Shown in pieces: positions 12,176-25,682 of a DNA stretch of 64,000 nt. The notes under the pieces were generated by a model. It had not been told where the DNA came from, searched no databases, and saw only the letters and a list, made by a program, of their open reading frames with translations. The stretch is from Amphiscolops sp. MND2022 (Eukaryota): NCBI GenBank assembly GCA_964187785.1, contig OZ076409.1, positions 16,122,001-16,186,000 on the forward strand, written 5' to 3'. A program made the position numbers and the translations under genes. Position 1 is the first letter of the stretch; every line of letters begins with the position of its first letter.

Positions 12176-12653
12176 GGTAAATGGTCACTTGGCTTAATGC
12201 CATTTGGCCTAAAGTCATTTGGCTTAATACATTTGGTCACTTGGCCTAATTTGTTTAAGCTAAGTGTCTCGGGTATTGGTCACTTGGCTTAAAGTCATTT
12301 GACTTAAAACCACGTAGTTGGAAACACGTGGCAGATATTGTCGAATTTATCTGTATAACGTAGTCAGCGTATTATTATAACATGTCATATTTATCAAGTA
12401 CCCTTCGGGAAAAACATAGCGGGAACGAAGATCGCGAAGCGATCGTAGTGGGAGCTGGTCTTTGCCACAGTTTGGCGAGCGTGCATACACCGCATATGCC
12501 CCACATTATGATATTTCCGGGAGTTGACATATTTATTCCTTGAGTTGGAATGGAGTTGGCCTAATTTTGTGGTCACTTGGTTCAAAACTTTTAGGCCAAA
12601 TGACTCGACGGAAAAATTAAGCCAAATGGTTTTACGCCAAGTGACTGGTAACC
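12176..12653. mobile_element. Non-autonomous DNA transposon (MITE) with 8-bp TSD and GG termini (Merlin-like)
   Basis: TSD CATCGGAT at 12168-12175 and 12654-12661; imperfect TIRs GGTAAATGGTCACTTGGC / GGTTACCAGTCACTTGGC; internal CATTTGGC(C/T)TAA repeats. Confidence 0.8.
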
Positions 12654-14852
12654 CATCGGATATGTCCCGATTTCCTCTAGTGCGGGTGGGCGGAGTATAG
12701 GTCGAAGGAACGGGACTGAAAATCAGAGTTAGTCCTCAGGTCGACGTACCAAATTTTTGAAAGGAATCGAAACGACTCGGATCGATATTTTTGTAACGTA
12801 GTCAGATATGTTCACATACCCCTAGTGCCCTGAATGCAGGAGCGAAGCGGAGCGACGTGCCATATGGCCATGCCTCAATGTTGCTACTTGGCGAAGAGAG
12901 CGAAGCGACCGAGCCATACAACAAATACGATAAAATTCGACCGCATTCTATTCGATTCCTGCAATTTGATCAAAAGGTTCGACCTCTGTCGTTTCGACCA
13001 GACAAATTCGACCTATTTACAGCCACCCCTCTAGTGCCCCGTGTTTCCTTGGTGCCGCTTACGTTCCCATCTTGCTAAGTGAGGTCGAACAGGACCAAAG
13101 ACTTATGTGAACCAATCGTAGTGGGTGCTGGTCTTAGCGACTTTTTTCACAAATCTTGGTTGGAATGTCTACTCTCATTTTACAATCAGAATTTTTGATC
13201 GACTTTTGTTTTGTTGGACTCAGAGGCTTTTCTGTCAAAGTGGATACCTAATGGTCCACTTTTTGGCTCAAGTAGTAGTAGTAGTAATAGGCTTCAATTT
13301 ACCCCTTGGGGAGTTTATACAAGGAGAGATACAGATTTACAGATGGAGAGATAAATAAAAAGAAATCAAAGAAACTCTCAGGATACACAAAAAGAACATT
13401 TACATTTTACATGCCAAGTACAGGTTCTGTTCAAGTCATACTTAGTTCGAGTTAAAAGTAGAAAGTACTGTCGAAGTTGATCTTTGAAGTTATGCGAAAA
13501 AGTGATCAAGTCGGTTTCAGTAGAGTCATGAAGATCATTGACCAGTTGAGTTACTCTTGGGAAAAACGACTGAAGAACTATTTTTCTTTTGAATGTCGGC
13601 GCGACGAGTTTGGGTTTCACATTACTTCGCAAGGATCTGTTGTCACATTGTCGGTAAAATGGTCATGGAAATTTATGCATGTGGCTCCAGAGGAGATGCC
13701 GGCAAAGAAGCGCAAGTCTCGTTCTCTTTTCTGATAAGCGATGGGCATTGTTGCTGATGCATGGAGAACACTGCTGTAGGAATCATTGCCAAAGCACCAC
13801 TTCAGACCTTTGTGGTTCAAAGATTCCATTTTGCGGGTAAGACTAATATTTGCCGACCAAGAAAAAGAACAGTATAAAATGATGGAAACAACACACGATT
13901 GGAAGAGGTTGAGTTTTACTCTCGAAGGAACTTGATGGCGCACAGAGTGTCGCAAAAAATTACATTTAAACTTTTAGTCGCATTGACAAGTTCGAGCATT
14001 CTGGCTTAGATCATTCAATATTGTGACATCTAGATTGACCGCCCTTGACTTTTCCTGCAAAATTTGATGTCCAAGAACTAAATGATAAGCTTTCGTTTTC
14101 TGAAAATGCAAGTAGCAGCATTTGTCTTTATGAAATGTCATTTGGTTGTCATAAGCCCAGAGAAAGACTGTGCTCAGATCTGACTGGAGCTTTTCAGGAT
14201 CAACACTTGAGCAGATTTTAGTATCGTCAGCGAAGCAGTAGCAGTGGGAGAATTTTGGAAGAGCGAGCATGTCATCTATGTAAAGTAAATAGAAGAGAGG
14301 TCCCACAACACTGCCCTGAGGATCTCCACTAGATACTTCACCAACAGTTGATAGTGGGTCGTCAATTCTAACTCTTTGTTTCCTACATGTCAGATATGAG
14401 TGAATGAGTCGGAGAAGGCTGTCATCGAAACCAAATTTTGAGAGTTTGTCAAGGAGGGTTGCATGAGATACTGAGTCGAAAGCCTTTTGAATATCTAAGT
14501 AAACGACTATTTGCTCCTCATTGATGTCAGAATTCTGATACAGCTCATCCAAGAAATCGATCAGCTGAGTACCAGTGGGTTTACCACGTTGGAAACCATG
14601 CTGGCGATAGTTTATTTTGTTTCGGAGTTTCCTGTAAATCAAGTCGAATAGCAGTTTTTCGAATATCAACGAGAGCCTGGGTAGAATCGAGATTGGTCTG
14701 TAATTTTGAATATCACTACGACTTACTTTTTTGTGAACTGGTGTAACAAAGGCGCATTTCCAGATATCGGGCCAACTGAGTGTTGACGTTATGTAGGTAA
14801 AAAGTAGGTACACAAACGGAGCAAGATGTTCAGACTTGGTATTTAGAAGTAC

Positions 14853-16633
14853 AGTCAAGGAATGCGCTCTTGAGCTGCAGTCCAATGGAGCCAATATTTT
14901 GACTGCAAAGAAGGTTGTACTGTTTTTACGTGCAAAAATGCGGAATATGTCGCCATCAGTAAAGGCTGTTTTTGAGAATGGATAGACGGTAACAGTATCC
15001 TCGAAGCAGTTTTGAAGCGTCGATGTGTATTTTATGATGAGGTAAAGGAACGTTTGCTGTACAACGAAGCCACTGATGTTGACCACACCTACAATATGGA
15101 ATCAAATATTTGGTTTGCAGATTTTTCAAGAAAGGTAACGGACGATGATTTTCATATTGAAGATTACATGAAGATCTTTCGCCCCGCCAGTGTTGACCCG
15201 GAGCGTTTGTTTTTATTATGCAGGTACTCTAAAAAGTTTTTCAATGCCGACTTACAGCGGACAACCACAGTCGTAATGTTTTTATCAATAAAAACGAACG
15301 GTTTTTACAATTGTTCTAAAGTTGTGAATTTAAAAGTGCGAATAAAACTTGTTTTAATGCGAAATACGTTACCAAAACGAAGATTTTTTTTAAAATTAGG
15401 CCTTAGTTAGATTAGAACAAATGAAATTACCAGTGACGAACAGATTACACCAACATCATATTAAGTTATGCGAAACTGTGCAAAAGCATAAATAGACCCC
15501 TCGAAAAAATATGGGATCAATACCAAAATTGATTATTGGTATTGACCAGGGTTTTCAGACGTTTGAAGCAACATGGTTTGAAGTTTGAATGTTTGAACCC
15601 AAACAGCTTGAGTTTGAGTTTGATTTGATTTTAGAGTTTGAGTTTGAGGTTGGTAGTTTGAAAATTGTTCAATAGTTTGAAATTTAGCCAAACACGTAAC
15701 AAACTGTTATGAATAATGAACGAACACCTCTTGTAACTTGCATAAAACGCATTGTTTTAACAAAAAATGTTTTACAAATGTTTTAACAAAAACGTTCAAC
15801 AAAAAAAGGAATTTCAACAAATGTTTTAACAAAAAATATGGAATGGCACATGGCACATGGTTTCAATTGTCAATTACAATTGGAGTTAGCACCTTTGGCG
15901 CGGCAGTCTTCATACTAACAACCAAAATTAGCTCCTCAGTCATCTTCAGAAAGACGTTACGAGTAAAATTCTCTGGATCCATGCGAGATTTTAGAATTGT
16001 AAACTAGACGCTGTGCTAGATTATATTTTCTGCTCTTTCCAGAAAGAAACTTTAACAATGATTGATTCTCTTCCATAACGGGACTTGATCCAACACAGGT
16101 ATCAACATAACGCAATAAGGGTGACGTGACTCCGTTTTTGCACCGAATATCCAAATTACAAGCTATGCATCTTCTCAAATTAGTTTTCTTCTTATCTATA
16201 TAACCGCACAAAAACTTTCTCCTGAGCCGCGGAGTTTTGGTTGCAAATGGACGCCAGTCTTCCTTCGGAGACGACTTGCCCATACCATACGATCTAAAAA
16301 TAAAATTTTTGAATCACCTTGTTAAAATTTTAATAAAAATGAAAAAATTATAGCCTTCTGCGTTGTATTAAGAAAAAGTCAAACAACTCAAACTGTTAGA
16401 ACTTTTTTCGTGAGCTTGAGTTTGGGTTTGAGTTTGACAATATAATGAAGTTTTGTTTGATATTGAGTTTGAAACCTAAAAGTTTGAAAGTTTGAGTTTG
16501 AGTTTGAGTTTGAGAACCCTGGTATTGACCCAATACCAATACCAATATCTGACCCAGGTATTGGTCAAAACTTCAATACCAATACCAAATGTCTCAATAC
16601 CAATACCACTTTTCGCAGGTATTGAAATCCCTG
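14853..16633 (+). mobile_element. 5'-truncated hAT transposon (outer element)
   Basis: Dimerisation-domain-like remnant RPASVDPERLF...(frameshift)RLTADNHSRNVFINKN at ~15170-15300; right TIR GGTATTGAAATCCCTG ending at 16633; AATACC subterminal repeats. Confidence 0.65.
15547..16521 (-). mobile_element. Internally deleted hAT element (inner) with BED-finger remnant
   Basis: Perfect 8-bp TSD GTATTGAC (15539-15546, 16522-16529); TIRs CAGGGTT(T/C)TCA; GAGTTT subterminal repeats; ORF 15957-16283 has CIAC...GVTSPLLR, BED-like. Confidence 0.88.
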
Positions 16634-17629
16634 GTACAGGAGGTATTCCATCGGCAGCTGGTTTGTTTGATCGGGGAACATTTTCAAGATGTTTTTGTAT
16701 GATTTCCACTGAAAAGCATAAATCACTCAAGAAAATTGAGGGATTATCAGCTTGGGGAAGGACAGTTTCCTCATTGGATTCGATATACACCGAGCAGAAG
16801 TGATTTCATATTCAACTTGTTCAGTGATTTCATATTGTCGTGAAGGAAGTCTAACATGTATAAAGGACCGTATTGCAATGCTTGGAAAAAAGCAAAACCT
16901 TTGAAGTTTCTTTCCGCTGTGCGACTTTTCGAACTTTTTTTAGTTTCCTCAAGAAGTCCCCCTTTTGGCTTTTTCACATTTTGAGATGCGAAAAAAAACT
17001 TTTCAAGTTAGAACGCTGTTTTTCGCCACCTAGAAAAATATCCCCGAATTTTCAGTGAAAACAGTCCTTCAGTATATTTGAAAGGCTGCAGTTTTAGAGT
17101 CTCAGGCGAGCGCTGAAATGTTTTCGTCTTGTTTTTCATTGTTCTAGGCGAACCAATTCTTGGCGTGTTTTAATACTGATCACTTTCAAACAAAAAATAA
17201 AAAGGACCGTGGGAACTGGAACCATGGTAAAAGCGTCTTTTGAAATGGAATTAGCCCGAGTTGAAGCATGGGCAGTCAGAAAAAGATAAGCTAGGTGCCA
17301 GAACGCTGCAAGCTGCAGAGCCTCCTTACAGTGGAAATAATGGTCCCCTGAATGAAACAGGCATCAAGTGGAGGAAAAATTTATAAATTAGGGCATCGTA
17401 TCATAATTTCAAAAACATCAACTGTAAATTTATCGCAGGAATCACCAAATTAGGATCGTCGAGGTAAGTCACGACAACCTTCCCTCTTCAACCATTGCAG
17501 AGATAGATGATTTGTCAGTTTGACGGCGAGTAGATAGAGACCCTCTAAGGCATAGCACGGAACTGCGTAGCAAAGCGAAGCTAATTTACGTCCTGATGTA
17601 TCCTATGGCGTTTGATCACTTTTATAATA

Positions 17630-17802
17630 CAGTGGATCCCGGATATAATCAACGTCTGGGGAACGCTATTGGTGTTTCTTATAATCGAACTTTCTTATAT
17701 CCGGGTTCTAAAAGGAATGAAGTTGCCAGTCGGGGCCAAGATACGCATTGACTATAAGTGGCTATTTCTTATAAGCGAGTTTCTTATATCCGGGATCTAC
17801 TG
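17630..17802. mobile_element. Tc1/mariner-pogo type MITE
   Basis: TA on both flanks; TIRs CAGT(G/A)GATCCCGGATATAA. Confidence 0.9.
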
Positions 17803-17905
17803 TACTGATGATCATACTGATCACTTTTATGATAGACAAATGTTCATTTGACAGTGAAACTTGCGATCGAAGTCTGGAGAGTTATTTTTTTAGTCTTACT
17901 TGATT

Positions 17906-19075
17906 ATGACAGAGGAAGTAAAATACAACGCACCGGGTAAGATAATCCTAAGTGGCGAGCATTCCGTTGCCCATGGAAAAGCCGCAATTGCTGCTGCCAT
18001 TGATATTCGTTGTCATGTATCTTTCTCTTCCTGGGAAAATCTTGGAGGTGCTGCATCAACAACTCTATCATTCCAACTTGACTGTTTTCACAAATTATGT
18101 TTTGTTAATGGTGAAATTCTAGAATTGTTTCCTGTATACTTTTCAAATGGCAAAGATGAGGTTATCAGTCTACCTTCAAAGGATCATATTGAAGTTTTAG
18201 CAAAATTTGTATCGAAGCATACTTCTGAGAAGTTTCTTGCATTAGCAGCCCAGTGCTTCTTGCACTGCTTATTATTTACTTGCGCCAGCCAACACTGTCT
18301 TGAAGTCCTGAAGAACAGGAATTTTCGTGTTTCTATAATATCAGATGTTCCTTTGGGTGCTGGACTGGGTTCATCAGCAGCTTTCAACACAGCCACTGCT
18401 GCTTGTATTTTGGATTTATTTGGAGGGCTGAATTCCCCTCGAGGAAGCAGCTTAGTGCCTGAGGATCAGAAAAAGGTTAATGAGCTAGCGTTTGCTGCCG
18501 AGCATATTGTTCACGGCAAACCATCCGGAGTTGATACTTACGTTAGCTGTTATGGTCGCCCTATTTTATTCGATAAGCAGTCTTTTCAGGAACAAATTTC
18601 AATGCCTGCATTCCAAATTTTAGTAGTTAACACCAAAGAGGAGCGAAACACTCGTGTGCTGGTTGATAAGGTTGGAAAATTGAAAGAAGACAGCGCTGAA
18701 GTTTTCCATACTCTTATCGACCAAATGGACGCTTGTACTAAAACAATTTCATCCATTTTGAAATCTGCAGATAGCGATTTAAGTAAAGTTTGGAAAGATT
18801 TCACCGAGCAAATTGCTGTAAACCACGACCTTCTGGGGAAACTTGGTGTTTCCACGGAAAAACTGAACAAAATAGTTGAGATAGCAGGAAGTGAAGGCTG
18901 TCCTGCAAAGTTGACCGGAGCTGGAGGCGGCGGATGTGCAATAGTTATTCTACCTCCAAATTGGGAGAACGATCTACCAGAGCTCAAACAGAGCCTGTAT
19001 AAAAAATTTGCCGTGTTGGGTTGTGATGTTCTTCCTGCCACTCTATCTTCTGAAGGGGTTAAACGGGCTCACTAG
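17906..19075 (+). CDS. MVK: Mevalonate kinase (intronless CDS)
   Basis: GHMP motifs APGKIILSGEHSV, PLGAGLGSSAA, HGKPSGVD, KLTGAGGGG; first ATG at 17906 after a tttttttag acceptor; AATAAA at ~19220. Confidence 0.95.
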   Translation: MTEEVKYNAPGKIILSGEHSVAHGKAAIAAAIDIRCHVSFSSWENLGGAASTTLSFQLDCFHKLCFVNGEILELFPVYFSNGKDEVISLPSKDHIEVLAKFVSKHTSEKFLALAAQCFLHCLLFTCASQHCLEVLKNRNFRVSIISDVPLGAGLGSSAAFNTATAACILDLFGGLNSPRGSSLVPEDQKKVNELAFAAEHIVHGKPSGVDTYVSCYGRPILFDKQSFQEQISMPAFQILVVNTKEERNTRVLVDKVGKLKEDSAEVFHTLIDQMDACTKTISSILKSADSDLSKVWKDFTEQIAVNHDLLGKLGVSTEKLNKIVEIAGSEGCPAKLTGAGGGGCAIVILPPNWENDLPELKQSLYKKFAVLGCDVLPATLSSEGVKRAH

Positions 19076-19660
19076 CTTCTTCGTGTTCAGACTCACTCGT
19101 TCGATCGGTCATTTGAGAATTTCTTATTCCATTCCATTGAAAGGGTGGTTTTTGACGTTTTGCTTGAGGTCGGTGCTAAAATTTTGTACTTAATTTTATC
19201 ACTTCATTAAATTTGTGCAAATAAAATAATTCACGTTTCTAGTATAAAATACATTCTATGTTGTATGTTGTTCGATGAATCTGAAATACAGATAACCGGT
19301 CAATAAAAAATGTGTTAACAAATTGATGTTTCAAATGATATTCTTGAAGCGGATGCCCATTGCGTTTTACTTTTAAGTCTCCGACAATACGGATTGCTAC
19401 TACTGTAACAGAATTTCAAGAATCAAATCGTATATATGGATGAATTAGACGAATGTTAAAGGTGCTGTGGCTTCACTCTTTATTTTAACTATTTATTCTT
19501 CAATTTTTAAAATAGTTTTTAATGTGCTTTGTCTTTTCCAGATGTTATTTTGATGGTATGCTGTGTCGCTGAGTCATCTCCACGGGTCTTCAGTGGAACC
19601 CCGCATCAGCCACCGGAAAGTGAAACAGTAATCAGCATATGTAAGTTATCAGTCGGAGCC

Positions 19661-22600
19661 ATGTACACTGCACCTGCCCCTCCTAACGTTGAGAACTCCT
19701 CCAATGTTCACAACTCCGAACCTTTCCACGTTTCTTCGTCTGCAAGTGGGAGTATGCCTGGGAGCCATCGTCCTCATAACTTCATTGCCTATCGAATTTT
19801 GTCCGATCCCATGCTCACTGAAGGTTGCAGATTGTCGTACAGATATGATGGGAAAGAACCCGGAGATTCAAGTGGAAATTCTAGCTTACCGGGAACATCG
19901 TTTGGAATTGTTCACGATCCTCGTAATGCATTCATACGGCTTTTCTCTGGTGAAATTGCTGACTTACCTTTGCCAAAGTTCACAGTAGACGACTATTATG
20001 TTGGCAATCCACCGCCTCGTGAAATAACAATTTGCAATTTGAATGACAATATCAACGTAGAATTTTTACAGGAAATGTTTTCCGTTTTTGGGACCCTAGA
20101 GAAATACAAAATCTACACCAATCCGAAAACCAAGAAACATTTAGGTTTAGGTAGAGTTGTTTTCCATTCTGTTGGATCCTGTAAGGCGGCTTATCACGCG
20201 TTGCATCAGAAGCCACGAATGGGAAACATTCTGTATCTTCTTATAGATTCTCGAGGAACCATGTTACAGGAAGCATATGAACTTGCAATTCAAAATAAGT
20301 TGTTGTTTGATTCTCAAACTGGAAAACCGAATCTCACTTATAGAAGTAACAATGTCAAAAGTAGCAAACCATCTAATGCTTCTCGGCCCATTGAGCATCA
20401 TCGCAGCAGTTCCAATTATAACAATAGTGGTGCTTCCAATGAAATCAGCAGTTACCGCTCTTCAGACGTTCTTAACAAAATACCATCAGACAATCCAGTA
20501 GCCAACCCTTATCAAAAACATATGCCACCCAAAGTATCACCTACCAAAGAAACAATTGACCCGAGAATACACCCGGCAACTTTAAACATGCCTTCCAAAA
20601 TAGAAAAGTTGGACCAATTGGTGAAGTCCATAGCACCAAAAGATACTAGACCCATAACTGATAAGGATATACCGGATTCAAACCTACTGTCCTCTGAACG
20701 ATCCCCTTCAGATGTTGAGAAAGAAGACTCTCGATTAAAAGAGCCCCTTGATCAAAGCAGTACAGACACCAACGATGAACAATCAGAAAGCGAGGACGAA
20801 GATGAAGAGCCGAATGCAGAACAAGAGATATCTGTTACTGTCCAACAAAATCAGAAAAGTCTGGACGACAGAATCAACGAACTTTTAGGTAAAACCGTGA
20901 AGCCTTCGGATGACTACGACGAATTCTCATCAGACGATGAGCTACTGGATAGTGAAGCTACTACACAACCTCCTCCACCACCCCCTGCTATCGCAAACGA
21001 TATGCACCAATTGCAGATGCAGCCGGGCATCCTTCAGGTCAACATGGTTCCTCATAACACAAACCTGCAGATGGTTGCAGCCTCTAATCTGGTCCATACA
21101 TCTAATGGACAGCCCGTGGCACTGCCAGTGCCTAATGGAATTGTGCAATCAGCTCTCACGATACCACAACCCGTCCAAAATCAACCCGAAGATGATAACA
21201 TGTTGCTGTCTCCACTCAGCGATGATGGCCTTCAGAAAAATGGCAATATTTACATTCAACCTCATACTTATCATCCCACTACTTTACCTCCAAATATTCC
21301 TCAATTTCCCAGCGCGTGTCAGTCACATTTTTTGCCTACTCATTGTGCGCCGTCGGAAGTAATGCCACCCAATTCCGGGATGATGCAAGCGTTCGGCACT
21401 GATGGAACTCCTCTGCTTTCTCATGTACCAATCAACAACTTCGCTCCGATGCCTTTTAAACCTCCTATGAAAGACAAAATTGAAGTTCTCACGAACGAGT
21501 CCGTGAGAAAGTTATTAAAAGATATCCGAACAACGTTAAAACGTGATATACATAAACGTATGGTCGAAGGTGTTGCTTTTCGAGAACTTGATTTTTGGTT
21601 TGACGACGAAACTGAAAAGTTGAAGCGTTTACAGGAACAAGCTGTCAAGATGACAAAAGAAGATCAGGAAAACAAGAAACCTTCCACTGCCTTCAAAGAA
21701 CCTGAAACATTAGCACCGCTTTTAGATTTGTCCTCTCTCATGAATGGAAGAACTACTGGTAGTATTCCAGGATTTGGACTGAAAGGCAGTGTGATGTCTA
21801 GTTTTAGAATTCGTAAGAAACCGCAAGCTTTGCAAAATACAGAAAATATCAGCAATAATAATCAACGATTGAATCACGACATAAAACCTCTCTTTAGCAA
21901 TCTGAAGAATTTAGCAGAAGCCAAAAGTTTGGACGATGACAAGTCTCCTTGTAAGAAAGACATCGAGGATGAACCGTTACATGATCCTAAGAAAATTTAT
22001 TCCTCAGATAGCGAAGAGGAAGAAGAAATTGTCGTTAAAGGTCGAAAAACAGTGGATAGTGATAATAGTGATTCTGAGAGTGAAAGTTCTGACGAATCAA
22101 GCTCAGAAGAAGAACAGGAAGAAGAGCCAGAACCGGTCGTAACAAAGCCGAGAATGGGCTTGAAAGATGTCCTGAAGCCTCGGCCTCAGCCAGAAGCCTC
22201 AACAGTCGATTCTACCGAAGATGAGGAGCCAGAACCTCAAAAAGTGGATGATGAAGAGTCTGAGACAGCTTCTGCTGATGAGCAAAAAGATGCTGATGAA
22301 AAAGAAGAACCGGAAGAAGTTTCTAGTGATGAAAGAACAGCAAACATAGAAAACAATCAAGAAACAGGGTTATTCGATAAGCTGGAATTCTCCAAGCTCG
22401 AGGAGGAATCTGCTATTGAAGAAAATCAAGAAAACGTCAATGAAAACACTGACACTTTCGTTTCCAGTATCCCTGTTGATCATTGTTACGCTGCTGTAAC
22501 TTTAGAAATAAAACAAGCGCCCAAGGAAGACAGCGAAGAAAACTTGAATGCATCATTGTTTTTAAACCGCAAGCGTGCGGCTCCTCAGGAAACTGCCCCT

Positions 22601-23692
22601 ATAGTTGACGAGCGCTCTGAGAGAAGTCTCGAACAACCGAAACAAAAACGACGAAAGACTGCAATAGAGAGACTGATAGAGGAAACCTTTGATCAGGCGT
22701 CTCGAATGGGCAAGGAAACAAGTTTTGGAACTAATTCGAGTAGTACTTTGGAACCTCTATCACAACCCAATATACCAGACGATGAAGAAATTCTCAGAAA
22801 CTTCATCAAAGTAGGATTAGACATAGAAGATTGGAACTTTTTGAGGAAAGCGTTCTTTGAATTGGAATCTAACCCTGAGCTACACGGTGCACTTTGGACT
22901 GATTCTGCGTGCATACCCATAGCATCTCCTGAAAGATCCCACAAAAGAAGACAGCGCAACAATGTACAAAACGAAGAGAGTGCTCTTTCAGGTACCTGCT
23001 CAAGGTGTCGCATCTATGACAAGGGTAAGAAAACGTCGGGAAAAGGTAAAGCCACAGCTCCAAGGTCAACTTCCAAATCAGCCAGTCTGCAAGTGAGACA
23101 GGTGGACTATTCCAGTGAAAACGAAAGCAGACTTTCCCTCGCCTCTTCTACTTCCTCGACTGCGAAGTCACGTGGTGCTAGATTGGAACAAAGGCAGCTC
23201 ATGTCCATATCACACGCTGCTGAGTACGACTCGGAACTCATGAAATATAATCAGCTACACTTCAGGAAAAAGAAACTCACTTTCGGACGCAGCCGAATCC
23301 ACAACTGGGGATTATTCGCTTTGGAGGCAATTCCAGCAGACGAAATGGTTATCGAGTATGTGGGTCAAGTTATAAGACAGCAAGTAGCTGATAATCGAGA
23401 GAAAACTTACGAGAAAATTGGAATCGGCAGCAGTTATTTGTTCCGCATCGACAGTGACACCATTGTGGATGCGACTAAGTGTGGCAACTTTGGTCGATTC
23501 ATCAATCATTCTTGTACTCCAAATTGCACGGCCAAGATCCTCACTGTTGAAGACACCAAACGAATTGTCATATATTCCAAAGAGGACATTCCCGCCGGCG
23601 GTGAAATTACCTACGACTACAAATTCCCCATTGAGGACGACAAAATACCTTGCTTATGTGGCAGTCCTTTCTGTAGAGGATCTTTGAATTAG
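19661..23692 (+). CDS. SETD1: SET1/COMPASS histone H3K4 methyltransferase (intronless CDS)
   Basis: N-terminal YRILSDP...YRYDG, RRM, acidic linker, WIN-like CSRCR, SET ([23 protein letters not shown]) and post-[19 protein letters not shown] start inferred. Confidence 0.95.
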   Translation: MYTAPAPPNVENSSNVHNSEPFHVSSSASGSMPGSHRPHNFIAYRILSDPMLTEGCRLSYRYDGKEPGDSSGNSSLPGTSFGIVHDPRNAFIRLFSGEIADLPLPKFTVDDYYVGNPPPREITICNLNDNINVEFLQEMFSVFGTLEKYKIYTNPKTKKHLGLGRVVFHSVGSCKAAYHALHQKPRMGNILYLLIDSRGTMLQEAYELAIQNKLLFDSQTGKPNLTYRSNNVKSSKPSNASRPIEHHRSSSNYNNSGASNEISSYRSSDVLNKIPSDNPVANPYQKHMPPKVSPTKETIDPRIHPATLNMPSKIEKLDQLVKSIAPKDTRPITDKDIPDSNLLSSERSPSDVEKEDSRLKEPLDQSSTDTNDEQSESEDEDEEPNAEQEISVTVQQNQKSLDDRINELLGKTVKPSDDYDEFSSDDELLDSEATTQPPPPPPAIANDMHQLQMQPGILQVNMVPHNTNLQMVAASNLVHTSNGQPVALPVPNGIVQSALTIPQPVQNQPEDDNMLLSPLSDDGLQKNGNIYIQPHTYHPTTLPPNIPQFPSACQSHFLPTHCAPSEVMPPNSGMMQAFGTDGTPLLSHVPINNFAPMPFKPPMKDKIEVLTNESVRKLLKDIRTTLKRDIHKRMVEGVAFRELDFWFDDETEKLKRLQEQAVKMTKEDQENKKPSTAFKEPETLAPLLDLSSLMNGRTTGSIPGFGLKGSVMSSFRIRKKPQALQNTENISNNNQRLNHDIKPLFSNLKNLAEAKSLDDDKSPCKKDIEDEPLHDPKKIYSSDSEEEEEIVVKGRKTVDSDNSDSESESSDESSSEEEQEEEPEPVVTKPRMGLKDVLKPRPQPEASTVDSTEDEEPEPQKVDDEESETASADEQKDADEKEEPEEVSSDERTANIENNQETGLFDKLEFSKLEEESAIEENQENVNENTDTFVSSIPVDHCYAAVTLEIKQAPKEDSEENLNASLFLNRKRAAPQETAPIVDERSERSLEQPKQKRRKTAIERLIEETFDQASRMGKETSFGTNSSSTLEPLSQPNIPDDEEILRNFIKVGLDIEDWNFLRKAFFELESNPELHGALWTDSACIPIASPERSHKRRQRNNVQNEESALSGTCSRCRIYDKGKKTSGKGKATAPRSTSKSASLQVRQVDYSSENESRLSLASSTSSTAKSRGARLEQRQLMSISHAAEYDSELMKYNQLHFRKKKLTFGRSRIHNWGLFALEAIPADEMVIEYVGQVIRQQVADNREKTYEKIGIGSSYLFRIDSDTIVDATKCGNFGRFINHSCTPNCTAKILTVEDTKRIVIYSKEDIPAGGEITYDYKFPIEDDKIPCLCGSPFCRGSLN

Positions 23693-24439
23693 TCCAAACT
23701 TGCTTCTAATTATGTTCCTCTTGTGACTCACAATATGCCAAACATTACGGCCTAATTTCGACGTTTGGAAAGAAAGATCCCAGATTCCGGAAACCCATCA
23801 CTTCCAAATTTAACAGACCAGCTATTCGTTCTTCTGATGGAAACTGGATGGTGTGTGTTGACGTTGAATTACGACTTGAAACTTGCCCATTTTAGAGATA
23901 ATATATAGACTTACTGGAAAAATGTAATTGTATCACAAGAAGGTTCAAAACGGGTCTAAATTAATTCAATATTGATATTTTCCAAATAGTACTTCAGTTT
24001 TGTTCTATATTTTGTTACCTGTCCATTTGTTCAATAATAAAATCGAATCTATGCAAAAATCATTTTTTTCTGGTCTCAAGAGTATCCTTTGCAGAGTTTT
24101 TTTTGTATCGCCGCTTACAATATAACACTAGGTGTTGAATTCCATCTTCAACTGCATTTTTTTGATTTTCCTGGGGGTATCACGTCCAGTTATCATAGAA
24201 TAATATTAAAATGTTAAAGATCTCCAGAAGTTTTTCGGGATTATAAAACGATCAACAGCAATACGTGTTGAGCATGATGACCAAAGTTTCGAAATAGAAA
24301 ATCAACCTCATTTTTAGTCGTAGAAAAACGAAGACTATAGTAGTGACTTTTCTTTTTTTAAGACCAACCAAGTGACAGATTTTATAAGCTTTATAAGCTG
24401 GCTTCCACTAACTGCAACACTTTGAGGATTTTTTTAGGT

Positions 24440-24787
24440 CTGCCAAGCAGAAGGACGTGGGTTCGAGTCTCGCCCTTGACCAAAAAATTTTTGTGCAGGT
24501 TATTTCGGCTTTGTGAGACTTTTTTTCACAAATTTTCTCAATGTCTCCAAAGGGTCCCCCTTCGATTTTTCCTTTTTGCAAAAGAATGGATGTTCAAAAA
24601 CCCCCAAAGGGCCCCCTTCTACATTTTTCGGCACTATGCGACTTACCGGTGACCAAAAAAATTCGGATTTTCTTTCAATTTTTTCCTCATGCGGGTACTG
24701 TAGAAGAGAATACTTGACACTTTGAAGTCCTTTTGCTATTTTTGAGCCTTATATATGGCGTCGACTTGGGCCGTTCCCAGCTTGTTC
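24440..24787 (+). mobile_element. Helentron-like non-autonomous element (HINE family), 3' part
   Basis: Ends GCGTCGACTTGGGCCGTTCCCAGCTTGTT like the other copies; CGGCACTATGCGACT internal repeat; B-box-like GGTTCGAGTC near the start. Confidence 0.65.
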
Positions 24788-24909
24788 GAATCAAGTTTTA
24801 ATATATGAATTTTGTAAGCTAAGCGTTTCATCTTGATTGAGGATGAGCTCTCGTTTTAAAAACTCATACACTTATTTCCTTGACGTTGCCTTATTGTTGT
24901 TTTCGTTAT

Positions 24910-25359
24910 CAGAGCTGGAACCGGGTCATCATTTTCTACCCAAATCCCGGCCCGAGCCCGTTTCAAAAGTCCTAACACGACCCGATATTTTTGAACATTT
25001 TTAATACCCGACGAAACTGACCGAAAACGAATTTGATACCCGAAAGTAAATTGTAAATGATAATCAGGTACAATCATCATGAGAATTCAAAAATCCCAGT
25101 TTTTACAACAGAGATCAAAAATTCAATATCAAACAGTTTTTGGCAGACATCTGGGCTCTACGAGCCTAAGACAAGCTTGACTAAAATGTTTTTCACTTTA
25201 AGCATATAAAAAGGAATCAATTTCGGAAATTATATGGCCCAGTTTAATGTATAAATTTTCGATTTATTTTCCGAATGGCCCGAAAAAGTTTAAGCTCGAA
25301 AAAGCCCGGCTATAAGCCGGCCCGGCAGACACTTAATCACGTGCTTTGTTCCAACTCTG
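24910..25359. mobile_element. hAT-like MITE remnant
   Basis: TIRs CAGAG(C/T)TGGAAC with CCCG subterminal repeats; no TSD retained. Confidence 0.45.
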
Positions 25360-25682
25360 GCCAGCACTGACACCACATTTTTGACATAGCTAAACCGCTA
25401 ATTTCCAAATCGCTATTTCGCTAAAAAACTTGTTTGAATTCAAGAATGTTTTAAAATATTAGCAATAACTTAATTCAATTTTTGCGAGAAAATATAGAAT
25501 TTTTTATACTGTGTGGGCTTTACAGATGAAAGTTGGAATTTTTCGAAATTCATTTCGAAACTGCGAGTTTTTTCCGTGGAAATTTTGTATTTGGAAAAAA
25601 ATTCTGTGCGGCAGCTAAATCGCTGATTAGCGGTGTCAGTCAAAACTCTGATTGACAGTGTCTATTTTGCAGAGTTGATTTA

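Larger units (their letters stand above)
13270..16860 (-). mobile_element. CR1/L2-like LINE, 5'-truncated, interrupted at 14853-16633 by hAT DNA
   Basis: NYRPISIL, YLDIQKAFDSV, GDPQGSVVGP, FADDTK; C-terminal CTWHVKCKCSFC; (TAC)n 3' tail at ~13270-13289; reading DGIPPV|LLNTKSEHLAP is rejoined across the insertion. Confidence 0.88.

Noticed and set aside
12820..13040. GCGAAGCG-rich segment flanked by CTAGTGCCC direct repeats
   Set aside because: Possibly a small insertion, but unclassifiable and distinct from the Polinton 12-mer (no AGCT core)
17200..17470. U1 snRNA on the minus strand (ACTTACCT)
   Set aside because: It is the complement of a plus-strand splice donor; the rest does not resemble U1
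25366..25640. ACTGACACC/GGTGTCAGT-bounded segment just upstream of MED6
   Set aside because: Only a 9-bp inverted match and no TSD; cannot separate a MITE from promoter sequence
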